Assembly (NCBI GenBank): GCA_051654985.1
Contig: JBOFZC010000030.1
Span: 19,920-83,919, forward strand
DNA from: Rhabdaerophilum sp.
GTDB taxonomy: Bacteria > Pseudomonadota > Alphaproteobacteria > Rhizobiales > Beijerinckiaceae
Reading direction: 5' to 3'
DNA: 64,000 nucleotides
The translations under genes and the position numbers were made by a program. The notes under the pieces were generated by a model. The model ran no database searches. It was not told where the DNA came from and saw only the letters and a program-made list of their open reading frames with translations. The stretch's first letter is position 1. The number at the start of each line of letters is the position of its first letter. Positions 1-8,386 of this stretch are shown here, piece after piece.

Positions 1-796
1 CGACAATCGTCCAGTCGCCCTCCTTGGCAAGCACCGTGACAGGGCCCTCGCGATTGCCTGCCTTTGGCGAAGCGCCTTCGAGGCGCAAGCGGAAATGGCG
101 ATGCCCGCGCCGCGTCCTGACCAGTTCCGCGATCGCACCTTCGGCGACCGTGCGGCCCGCCACGATGATTCCGACCCGCGAGCAAAGGCGCTCGACATCG
201 TCAAGCAGATGCGTGCACAGCAGGATGCTGACGCCGTGATCGCGCGCCAGGCCGATCAGAATGTCGTGGATCTCCCGCCGGCCGCGGGGGTCGAGGCCGT
301 TGGTCGGTTCGTCAAGGAAAAGAACTTCCGGATCAGCGATCAGCGCGCGGGCCAGCCCGAGCCGCTGCCGCATGCCGCGCGAGAACTGCCCGATCGGCTG
401 GCCCGGCTTGGGCTCTAGCCCAACCTGCGACAGGCGCTTCTGGATATCTGAAAGCGAGAGGCGCGCGCCGTAGAGGCCTGCATAAAACCTCAGGTAGTTT
501 GAGGCAGTCATCCAGTCATAGAGGCCGTTGGGGTCCGGCAGGACGCCGACACGTTGCCGAAGCGCGACGCCATCCTTGACCGGATCCTGACCCAGAACGC
601 GGATGAATCCGCTTGTCGCAGGCATCAGACCAAGAGCGGCCGCGATAGAGGTGGTCTTGCCCGCGCCATTAGGGCCGAGAAGGCCGTAGATTTCGCCGGC
701 TTTCACCGAGATTGAGACGTCATGCAGAATCTCGGTCGCACCGAGCGTCAGCTTGAGATGATTGATGGTGATCGACATCGTGTTCTCCATCGCCAT
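1..796 (-). CDS. ABC transporter ATP-binding protein (ABC-2/CcmA-like), 3' end runs off the window
   Basis: Manual translation from ATG at 796: Walker A GPNGAGKTT, signature FSRGMRQR, Walker B LFLDEPTNGLD, H-loop LCTH. No stop inside the window, so it is absent from the ORF track. ATG overlaps the upstream TAA (796-798). Confidence 0.92.
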   Translation of the reverse strand, partial: MAMENTMSITINHLKLTLGATEILHDVSISVKAGEIYGLLGPNGAGKTTSIAAALGLMPATSGFIRVLGQDPVKDGVALRQRVGVLPDPNGLYDWMTASNYLRFYAGLYGARLSLSDIQKRLSQVGLEPKPGQPIGQFSRGMRQRLGLARALIADPEVLFLDEPTNGLDPRGRREIHDILIGLARDHGVSILLCTHLLDDVERLCSRVGIIVAGRTVAEGAIAELVRTRRGHRHFRLRLEGASPKAGNREGPVTVLAKEGDWTIV

Positions 797-1092
797 TACT
801 TTCGGCCTGCTGGACGCATCACGGACACCGGCCGTTCGACCGTGATGGCTTGTGTGATCATGTCAAAAAGGAGTGCCTGGGTGCCGCTGCTTGTCTCGAC
901 GTCGATTGTGATTGTGGAGCGCCCCTGGCGCATTGCCCCGTAGACCCGGACTGCATGGCCGCCCGCCTGCCGCTCTGATTGGGCGATAACGGCACCTAGC
1001 GTGAGCCATCCGAGATCTTGTGGGCCGGGCGATATCATTGACGAGCGCCCAGTTTCGAACAGCGGCTTGGATTTTTGGTGGTCAAGCATCAT
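796..1092 (-). CDS. Hypothetical protein
   Basis: GGAG just upstream of ATG at 1092. Stop overlaps the ABC gene start (TAATG). No recognisable domain. Confidence 0.45.
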   Translation of the reverse strand: MMLDHQKSKPLFETGRSSMISPGPQDLGWLTLGAVIAQSERQAGGHAVRVYGAMRQGRSTITIDVETSSGTQALLFDMITQAITVERPVSVMRPAGRK

Positions 1093-1264
1093 ATGCTCCG
1101 ATCGAATGTCTGAAGCGATCATGGCTTGAGGCACTATGGCGCGAGGTGGCGCTCGCTATACGGTTTTGTCGGAATTGTGTCCGAAAAAAAGAGGACGACT
1201 GCCGAGGTACGTCGGCGGTCGTCCTCCGTAATATCAAGCCGAGAGTAAAAGCGCTCAGGCACCG

Positions 1265-2059
1265 TCAGGCCTGCGGCTCGGTGGCAATGTCGATGCGGTC
1301 GCTCTTGCTGATGCTCAGATACGCAACCACGCTCACGATCACGGCCAGAAAAATCACGCTCGTTCCAACCGTTCCAAGGCCCAGCCCACCCGAAGCGATA
1401 GGCTTTGCGAGCAGATCGCCGGTCAAGGCGCCGAGCGGCCGGGTCAGGATGTAGGCCAGCCAGAACGACAGGATCCCGTTCATCTTGAAGCGGTAGTGCA
1501 GCAGGGCGACAAAGCCGATCAGCGCTCCGAAGACCAACGCAGACGGTCCGTAGCCCAGGCCCATCGCCTCGGCCATCAGGTCGCCGACCGAAGTTCCCAT
1601 CGCGAAGGTGAAGAGGATTGCTGCCCAGTAGAACAGCTCGCGTTTCGTCGTCCGGATCGTGTGCACGGACAGACTGTGCTCGCTGCGCTGCCAGAACAGG
1701 AACACGGCCGAGAGGATCAGGGCGAAGGCGATCGACGTAACCGGAAGGCCGATGCCCATGCCATCGACGAGATTGTCGGACACCAGCGTGCCAACCACGC
1801 TGATCAGCACGACGACCAGCCAGTAGATCGGCGGGATGTAGCGCTTGGCCTTGAGCTGAAAGACAAGGGCCGCAACAAATAGAGCCGCCATCACGTAGGA
1901 GGTGACGGTCAGGCCGAGTCCCAGCTTCGTCGCCAACAGGTCCGCGGCGGTTTCGCCGACGGTCGTCGCCAGGATCTTGATGATCCAGAAATAGGCGGTG
2001 ATCTCCGGCACCTTGTTGAGCATCGTCATCGATCGATCGTCAGAGAGGGAGGGGGGCAC
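1265..2059 (-). CDS. COG4705 / DUF347-repeat membrane protein
   Basis: LNKVPEITAYFWIIKILATTVGETAADL and repeated T-x-G(E/T)-x-x-x-D motifs, multiple TM helices, YILTRPLGA. Confidence 0.88.
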   Translation of the reverse strand: MPPSLSDDRSMTMLNKVPEITAYFWIIKILATTVGETAADLLATKLGLGLTVTSYVMAALFVAALVFQLKAKRYIPPIYWLVVVLISVVGTLVSDNLVDGMGIGLPVTSIAFALILSAVFLFWQRSEHSLSVHTIRTTKRELFYWAAILFTFAMGTSVGDLMAEAMGLGYGPSALVFGALIGFVALLHYRFKMNGILSFWLAYILTRPLGALTGDLLAKPIASGGLGLGTVGTSVIFLAVIVSVVAYLSISKSDRIDIATEPQA

Positions 2060-2238
2060 GATCTGGTTCCTTTCGTTGGCTGTTAAAGAGGCGGCGCGGC
2101 AAACGCGGAAAAGCCACCCAGTCGAGGAGCTTGCCGCCAGACCACCGTCGATCGCGGCTGCGATCCACCGTTGGACCCTGGCGGATGCGGCATGGCCTTG
2201 AATTGACGCGCCCTATACGAATCCGTCGGAAACAGCCC

Positions 2239-2274
2239 AAACGCGAAAGCGGCCGGTGCTGTCGCACCGGCCGC
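2239..2274 (-). terminator. Intrinsic terminator downstream of the PepSY gene
   Basis: Perfect 11-bp stem GCGGCCGGTGC / GCACCGGCCGC (2249-2274), followed on the minus strand by TTTCGCGTTT. Confidence 0.65.
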
Positions 2275-2321
2275 CATATCAGTCGCTCTACGGTTTTGCG
2301 CTGCGACGCGCTCAGCCGAAC

Positions 2322-2675
2322 TCAGTCGTCGTCGCCATCGTCGTCGGCGTCGGCGCTGGCCAGAACCTGCTTGGTGATCTTGCCGGTCTGGGTGTCGATT
2401 AGCACCTCGTGCTTGATGCCGTCCTTAACGACCTCGACCTCGAAGGCGATCACGCCCATCTCGTCGTCGATGCCGGAGCCGGTTGCCTTGCCGCCAACGG
2501 CCTGCTCGGCCGTGGCGATCGCCTGCTGCATGGTGATCTTGGCGTTCTGCATCACCTGCGCCTCGTTGGTTTCCTGACCCTTGCTCTCCTTGGCGAAGGC
2601 AAGCCCCGCCGCGCCGAGCGAGCCGACGGCGATGGTGGCGGCCATGAGAGCCGGGATAATCTTGCGGGAATTCAT
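2322..2675 (-). CDS. PepSY domain secreted protein
   Basis: Signal peptide, then ITMQQAIATAEQAVGGKA...FEVEV...EVLIDTQTGKI, acidic tail. Confidence 0.88.
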   Translation of the reverse strand: MNSRKIIPALMAATIAVGSLGAAGLAFAKESKGQETNEAQVMQNAKITMQQAIATAEQAVGGKATGSGIDDEMGVIAFEVEVVKDGIKHEVLIDTQTGKITKQVLASADADDDGDDD

Positions 2676-2813
2676 TGTTGTCTCCTGGGTTGCTGCATCG
2701 GTTCGGCTTCAAGACCGACCGTGAGACAGTTCTGACAGTAGGCAGGATGGCATGACTTGGACGGACCTATACCGTTTGGCAATCCGGCGCAGGGATAGCC
2801 AAGGATTGTTGCC

Positions 2814-3365
2814 TCAGTCGGCCTGCCTCTTCTCAAGCAGCAACGACAGCATTCGGTGCTGCTCCTTCTGTGCGGCGATCACGGCATCGATGCGGTCCAC
2901 CGTCAGCGCGTCCAGCTTCTCATGCAGGGCCATGATCTCGATCTCGGCCTTGAGGTTGACCTCGTAGTCGTGTGAAACCGCGAGACGGTCCTTCTGCGCC
3001 TGGCGGTTCTGCGACATCATGATGATAGGGGCCTGGATGGCCGCAATCATTGAGAGCAACAAGTTCAGGAAAATATACGGATAAGGATCGAAAGCGTTCG
3101 TTGCTAGCATGACAGTGTTGAGGATCGCCCAGGCAATAAGGAAGGCTCCAAAGCCGATGATGAAACCCCATGAGCCGCCAATCTCGGCAACGCGATCGGA
3201 AAGGCGCTCGCCGAACGTCAGCTTTTCGGAGAACTCCCGCTCGAGGTCGCGGCTGATTTGCGCGCGCCTGGCGATCCGCTTGAGAACTCTCTGGTCCCGC
3301 TCAGGCAAGGAGCCGGCACCCTGATTGAGGAGTCGCTCGGCAAGCCGCTGTAGATCGGAATTCAT
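2814..3365 (-). CDS. DUF1003 membrane protein
   Basis: TFGERLSDRVAEIGGSWGFI...FDPYPYIFLNLLLSMIAAIQAPIIMMSQNRQ...DYEVNLKAEIEI. RBS AAGGAG. Confidence 0.92.
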   Translation of the reverse strand: MNSDLQRLAERLLNQGAGSLPERDQRVLKRIARRAQISRDLEREFSEKLTFGERLSDRVAEIGGSWGFIIGFGAFLIAWAILNTVMLATNAFDPYPYIFLNLLLSMIAAIQAPIIMMSQNRQAQKDRLAVSHDYEVNLKAEIEIMALHEKLDALTVDRIDAVIAAQKEQHRMLSLLLEKRQAD

Positions 3366-3406
3366 GGTGATCTCCTTGATCTGGGGTGATTCGCACGCAG
3401 GTAGCC

Positions 3407-4016
3407 AGAGCTTGCTCGGTTTGTTTGAACAGTTTCGGCGCTGACGCTAAGTGGATTTCTGCCTCGGTTATGCCGCCATCGGGATTGATGGCAGCGCATT
3501 GAAGTACGCTTCGTCCGGCGTCAACCGGCCAAGGCTCGAATGGGGTCGGCGGGTATTGTAGAAGCCGGCGATGTAACGCCCCAGCGAGGCGCGTGCCTCC
3601 GAGACGCTTGTATAGGCCCGCAGGTCGACCTCTTCGTATTTGATTGTGCGCCAGAGGCGCTCGACAAACACGTTGTCCCGCCAGGCCCTCTTGCCGTCCA
3701 TGCTGATCGCGATGTCATGGCTTTTCAGCAGCTCTGTGAAGGCCAGGCTCGTGAACTGGCAGCCCTGATCCGTGTTGAAGATCTCCGGCTTGCCGTATTT
3801 GGCCAGTGCCTCCTCGACAGCCTCAATGCAGAAGGCAGTGTCGAGCGTGATCGAGAGCTTCCAGCTCAGCACTTTCCGGCTGAACCAGTCGATCACGGCC
3901 GCGAGATAGACGAAGCCCCTTCGCATTGGGATGTAGCTGATATCCATGGCCCAGACCTGATTGGGCCGCGTGATCGGCAGCTTTCTGAGCAGATAGGGGT
4001 AGATCTTGTGCGCCGG
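3407..4016 (-). mobile_element. IS3-family remnant: 3' half of OrfB (DDE core) plus right end
   Basis: HKIYPYLL...[14 protein letters not shown]...FNTDQG...[17 protein letters not shown], followed by a typical right-end sequence. The 5' part is missing. Confidence 0.9.
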
Positions 4017-4569
4017 CGTGGCGGTCGCAAACGCGCCTTGGGCACACGGCGCCCGATGCTGGTTCCGGATCGCGCCAATATCCGCTGGAGCCTCGACTTT
4101 GTGTCCGATGCCCTCACAGACGGCCGCCGCTTCCGCGTTCTGGCGGTCGTGGATGACTACACCCGCGAATGCCTTGCCCTCGTTGCAGATACCTCACTCT
4201 CGGGCATCCGGGTGGCGCGAGAGCTGGACGCGATCATCGCCAGGCGCGGCCGGCCATCGGCGATCGTGTCTGACAACGGCACCGAACTGACATCGATGAC
4301 CATCCTGCGCTGGTGTCAGCAAACCAGCGTCGAATGGCATTACATCGCGCCGGGAAAGCCGATGCAGAATGGCTTTATCGAGAGCTTCAACGGGCGCCTC
4401 AGGGCCGAATGCCTGAACGCCCACTGGTTCATGACGCTTGCGGACGCATCCGAAAAGTTGGAGGATTGGCGCAATTACTACAACACGGATCGGCCTCACG
4501 GCGCGATAGGCAATAAGCCTCCGATCCTGTTGCAAAGTCCCGGTAGCGTACCCAGCCCGCTACCGTGAC
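4010..4569 (+). mobile_element. IS3-family (IS407-like) OrfB fragment, 5'-truncated
   Basis: [11 protein letters not shown]...WSLDFVSD...IVSDNGTEL...[16 protein letters not shown]...DRPHGAIG. No OrfA or left end. Confidence 0.9.
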
Positions 4570-4573
4570 CAAG

Positions 4574-5848
4574 TGACCTGCCTCCGGTTTCCTGGACCGT
4601 TCATTTCTGGAAAATTCCAGTTTAGCAGCACGGGCTGCGGATGGAGTTTTCGGCATGAAGAAGTCGAAGTTCACGGAAGCTAGATCGCCTTCATCCTGCG
4701 TCAGGCTGAGGAGGGAACGCCTGTTCCCGAGGTCTGTCGGAAGGCCGGGATCAGCGATGCGACCTTCTATAACTGGCGCAAGAAGTACGCCGGACTGATG
4801 CCCTCGGAGATGAAGCGCTTGCGCCAGCTCGAGGAAGAGAATGCCCGGCTGAAGCGGATCGTGGCGGACCTGTCGCTCGACAAGGAGATGTTGCAGGACG
4901 TCATCAAACGAAAGCTCTGAGGCCTGCCCGCCAGCGGTCGATGGTCGATCATGTGCGGGCGACTTGGCAGGTGAGCATCCGTCGTGCTTGCCGCGCCTTG
5001 CCCGTCGAGCGTTCGACCTATCATTACCGCTCCCGACGGACCGGGCAGGCCCATCTCACCAAGCGGATCAAGGAAATCGCCGAGACGCGAATGCGCTACG
5101 GCTATCCCTTGGCCGACAGGTGATTGCTTGCAATCACCGAAAGGCGGCGGATCCATGTGTTGCTCAAACGGGAAGGCTGGAATGTCAATCCGAAGCGGAT
5201 CTATCGTCTTTACAAGGAGTTGGGACTCCAGCTCCGTAACAAAACTCCAAAGCGCCGGGTCAAGGCGAAGCTGCGCGAGGATCGGCGTCCAGCAACACGC
5301 ACGAACGAAATATGGGCGATGGACTTTGTGCATGACCAGTTGGCGACAGGCCGCAAGCTCCGTGTGCTCACTATTGTCGACACCTTCTCGCGCTTCTCGC
5401 CTGCGTTGGATGTCCGCTTCAACTTCCGAGGCGCGGATGTCGTCGAAGTCCTCGAGCAGGTTGGCCGGCTGCATGGCTTCCCGAGCGCAATCCGGGTTGA
5501 CCAGGGCACCGAGTTCGTGTCCCGCGATCTCGATCTCTGGGCCTATCAGCGCGGCGTGACACTCGACTTCTCCCGACCTGGCAAACCGACGGACAACAGC
5601 TATATCGAGTCGTTCAACGGCAAGTTCCGGGCCGAATGCCTGAACGCCCACTGGTTCATGAACCTCCCCGATGCCCGGGAGAAAGTAGAGGCTTGGCGGC
5701 GGGACTATAACGAGCTACGACCTCATAGCGCGATCGGGAACAAGCCCCCGATAACGCTCGTCAATCGGTCATCGGCATGCAGCCCGCGATGACCCGTTTA
5801 CCCCCTGGAAGCGGCCAGCGAGCCGGTCCAAAGTCGGGGGCAGGCTCA
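4574..5848 (+). mobile_element. IS3-family (IS407-like) element with both ends, inactivated
   Basis: Left IR TGACCTGCCTCCGGTTTCCTGGACCG and right IR (revcomp TGAGCCTGCCCCCGACTTTGGACCG). OrfA 4655-4920 (MKKSKFTEA, then a 1-bp frameshift near 4681). OrfB about 4920-5792 with DDE motifs, interrupted at 5106-5144. Confidence 0.9.
5106..5144. repeat. 39-bp palindromic insertion inside IS OrfB
   Basis: Splits the conserved RYGY|RRIH codons. Contains GGTGATTGC-TT-GCAATCACC and an in-frame TGA. Confidence 0.8.
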
Positions 5849-5898
5849 CAACCAGAACAGAGTCTGGTTATGAACGGGGGCAATCAGGGGGCAGGTCA
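5849..5898 (+). mobile_element. Second IS3-type right end (orphan IR)
   Basis: Ends ...GGGGGCAATCAGGGGGCAGGTCA, the reverse complement of a TGACCTGCC-type terminus, 50 bp after the first right end. Confidence 0.65.
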
Positions 5899-6046
5899 AC
5901 CGCAATTAGAACGGCCTACAGCGTCCAACCGAATGTCGAGTGATTGATGGTGGAGTTCAGAACACAAGACCCCAGTGAAGCATGGGCCTCGGGTTCGAGG
6001 CAACCGCCAACGATGTTTGGTCACCTATTCTTGGTTGGTGCTATTG

Positions 6047-6682
6047 TCAAAGCGGGGCCAGCCGCCGCATCTTGGAAAGCGCCATCTCTTCCTGTTCATG
6101 GAAATCGATCAAGCCAACGAGCCGATCATTCGAATCCATCATGAAGACTGATGCCGTGTGATCAACCGTATAGCCGCCCTCGGTATTTGGAACGCGGCGC
6201 ACAATGGCTCGATAGGCTTTCGCGACAGCATCAATTTCGGCTTGGCTGCCTGTCAAGCCGACGATCCTTGGATCAAATGAGGAGATGTATTCGGCCATCT
6301 GTCCGGGCGAATCCCGCTCCGGATCAGCGCTGATGAAAAGCACTTGGATACGGTTTGCCGCAGCGCCTAGTTTCTCAAGACGATTGGTGATCTCGAGCAA
6401 TGTGGTTGGGCATACATCAGGGCAGTGTGTAAACCCGAAAAAAACAAGTTTTGGCTTCCCCATGAAGTCCCTATCCGTGACGCGTTCACCTCTGTGATTG
6501 ATCAGCGAAAACGCCCCACCGATCTGCGGAACACCGGGGATCTCTTGCAATGTTCCCGATTGAGCCCCGCGAGATCCGGGACCATCGACTTGCCACCAGC
6601 CAAGGAAGATAGAGGTGCTCAGGAACCCGAGAACTGCTACTAATGCCCATCCGATTAGCCGGACCCGCCTAAGGAATAGCAT
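6047..6682 (-). CDS. SCO1/SenC family copper chaperone
   Basis: FFGFTHCPDVCP (CxxxC) and YTVDHTA. N-terminal TM anchor. GAGGTG RBS before ATG at 6682. Confidence 0.93.
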   Translation of the reverse strand: MLFLRRVRLIGWALVAVLGFLSTSIFLGWWQVDGPGSRGAQSGTLQEIPGVPQIGGAFSLINHRGERVTDRDFMGKPKLVFFGFTHCPDVCPTTLLEITNRLEKLGAAANRIQVLFISADPERDSPGQMAEYISSFDPRIVGLTGSQAEIDAVAKAYRAIVRRVPNTEGGYTVDHTASVFMMDSNDRLVGLIDFHEQEEMALSKMRRLAPL

Positions 6683-6689
6683 GCCCACC

Positions 6690-7157
6690 TCAGGGCGTCG
6701 GTGACGTTGCACCCAATTGCGCGACGCGGAACTGGACAGCAACGTTCCCGGCTTTCTCGAATGTCAGCCCGCCGTTCAGCACGTCGCCCATCTTCGGTGT
6801 TCTCGCAAGGTCGAGCCACATCAGATGCAGTCCGCTTGGTTGGAACACAACATTTTCGCCCGGCCTGATCTCCACCCCACCGCTCACCGAACGCATGCGC
6901 ATCACACCATCCTGAAGTGTCATAGTGTGGATCTCGACCCGTCCGGCCACTTCAACGTTGGCGGCAACCAGACGATCCGGCTGTGTTCCCTTGTTTTCAA
7001 TCACGAAATAGCCCCCGGCTACGCGCGCGCCTGAAGGCGTAGCACGGGACCAGGGGCTCTTGATAATAAGGTCGCCAGCCTGGAATTCCGATGCGGCGAG
7101 TGGAGTCGCAGCAAGCATTATGAAACCGGCGAGCGCTGCAAGGGGGGCAAAAAACAT
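6690..7157 (-). CDS. PCu(A)C copper chaperone
   Basis: PWSRATP...GGYF...EIHTM...GVMRM...GLHLM. Confidence 0.92.
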   Translation of the reverse strand: MFFAPLAALAGFIMLAATPLAASEFQAGDLIIKSPWSRATPSGARVAGGYFVIENKGTQPDRLVAANVEVAGRVEIHTMTLQDGVMRMRSVSGGVEIRPGENVVFQPSGLHLMWLDLARTPKMGDVLNGGLTFEKAGNVAVQFRVAQLGATSPTP

Positions 7158-7285
7158 CCGACACTTAACCTTGAAGGGGAAGTCGAGCTGGAGGAAAGGA
7201 GATTCAACCGCGCCTATCTATTGATTGCCGCTGAGATTTGACCCGGGGTTGGAGTCAGTTCTCACCTGCATTCAACATCGTGACC

Positions 7286-7903
7286 TTATCGAGCGTTCTT
7301 GGCAAGCCATTCGCGCATTTCAGCGATTTCGCGCTCCTGCGCCGCGATGATATCGTTGGCCCATTTCTTGGTCTGCTCATTTGTTCCAAACTGCAAAACG
7401 ACTTTAGCCATGTCGATCGCGCCTTGATGGTGCGGAATCATCCCGCGCACGAAATCAACATCTGCATTGCCGGAGAAGTTGATCGCCATGTCGCGATGCA
7501 TTTTCGCGTTTGCTTCTTCGAAAGCGCGCGTCGAAGGCGTTGTGTTGGCAGACTGCTGGCCATGCCCTTGGTGGCCAGGACCGGTCATGGCGCCCATTCC
7601 CATACCCTGTGCGCCCATCATGGCGTGCATCATAGGCATCATCTCCCGCATCATCGGAGCCATACGCTCCATCATCTGGGGACGCTCCTGCGGTGAAGCC
7701 GTCCGCATGCGCTCCATCATCGGCATCATGTCGCGCATGGTTCGCATCATCCGCTCCATGTCGGCATTTGGAGGCGACTGCTGTCCCTGAGGCTGAGCCG
7801 TGCCATGTCCGGCATGAGGATTCTGCGCGAAGCTGCTGGTACTTGCCGCGGTCGCTAGCAGCAGCGCGATTGCCGTGCGATGTGCTATTGCCTTGATCGA
7901 CAT
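7286..7903 (-). CDS. DUF305 / CopM-like Met-rich periplasmic metallochaperone
   Basis: Signal peptide, Met-rich linker, DVDFVRGMIPHHQGAIDMA...IIAAQEREIAEM. Confidence 0.9.
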   Translation of the reverse strand: MSIKAIAHRTAIALLLATAASTSSFAQNPHAGHGTAQPQGQQSPPNADMERMMRTMRDMMPMMERMRTASPQERPQMMERMAPMMREMMPMMHAMMGAQGMGMGAMTGPGHQGHGQQSANTTPSTRAFEEANAKMHRDMAINFSGNADVDFVRGMIPHHQGAIDMAKVVLQFGTNEQTKKWANDIIAAQEREIAEMREWLAKNAR

Positions 7904-7963
7904 GTTGAAATCTCCATTTTCGTTTCGTCTGACTTGATGAATAAATCAGCTTCGTTGCGGCGC

Positions 7964-7990
7964 GATTTCAAAGATGTAACGAAGTGTTGC
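7964..7990 (-). promoter_or_regulatory. Tripartite direct-repeat box, copy 1 (putative OmpR-family site)
   Basis: Minus strand GCAACA-N4-GTTACA-N5-GAAATC, 61 bp upstream of the DUF305 ATG. Confidence 0.65.
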
Positions 7991-7996
7991 TGCCGC

Positions 7997-8368
7997 TCAG
8001 AACTTCGCCTGCGCCGTTGCGCCGTCAGGTCCGATGATCTGAATTGCGCCTTTCACGCCCGACGGAACCGGCACAGGCGCAGTCCCGACCAAGCGGTTTG
8101 CCTCACCCGGCTGCAGGGCGAAGCGCTGGGTCGCGCCACCGACGACCAGGATCGCATTGGCGCGATAGCCTTGCGCCGCGACCGGCTGGTCGTTGGCGTC
8201 ATAGAGGAACACTACAACCTGCGTTGTTCCGTTCGCCACGAGTTCCGCGTGATGGCGTGCGCCGGCGTCGACCTTGAGACCGCCATTCGGCCCAGGGCGT
8301 GGTTCATGTGCGAAGGCGGGGGCGGCGAGCGATAGGCCGAGAAGCGCAGCGAGAAGAAGGCGAGTCAT
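7997..8368 (-). CDS. Small periplasmic protein of heavy-metal efflux operons
   Basis: Signal peptide AFA|HEPRPGPNGG...HHAELV. GGAG RBS directly after the RND gene. Confidence 0.8.
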   Translation of the reverse strand: MTRLLLAALLGLSLAAPAFAHEPRPGPNGGLKVDAGARHHAELVANGTTQVVVFLYDANDQPVAAQGYRANAILVVGGATQRFALQPGEANRLVGTAPVPVPSGVKGAIQIIGPDGATAQAKF

Positions 8369-8386
8369 GGAGTCTCCTTAGCGGGG

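Noticed and set aside
3540-4568. 342-aa ORF as a full transposase
   Set aside because: Its first half is the antisense of the minus-strand IS fragment. Only the part from about 4010 is real coding sequence.
4767-5651. 294-aa minus-strand ORF
   Set aside because: Antisense shadow of IS3 OrfA/OrfB.
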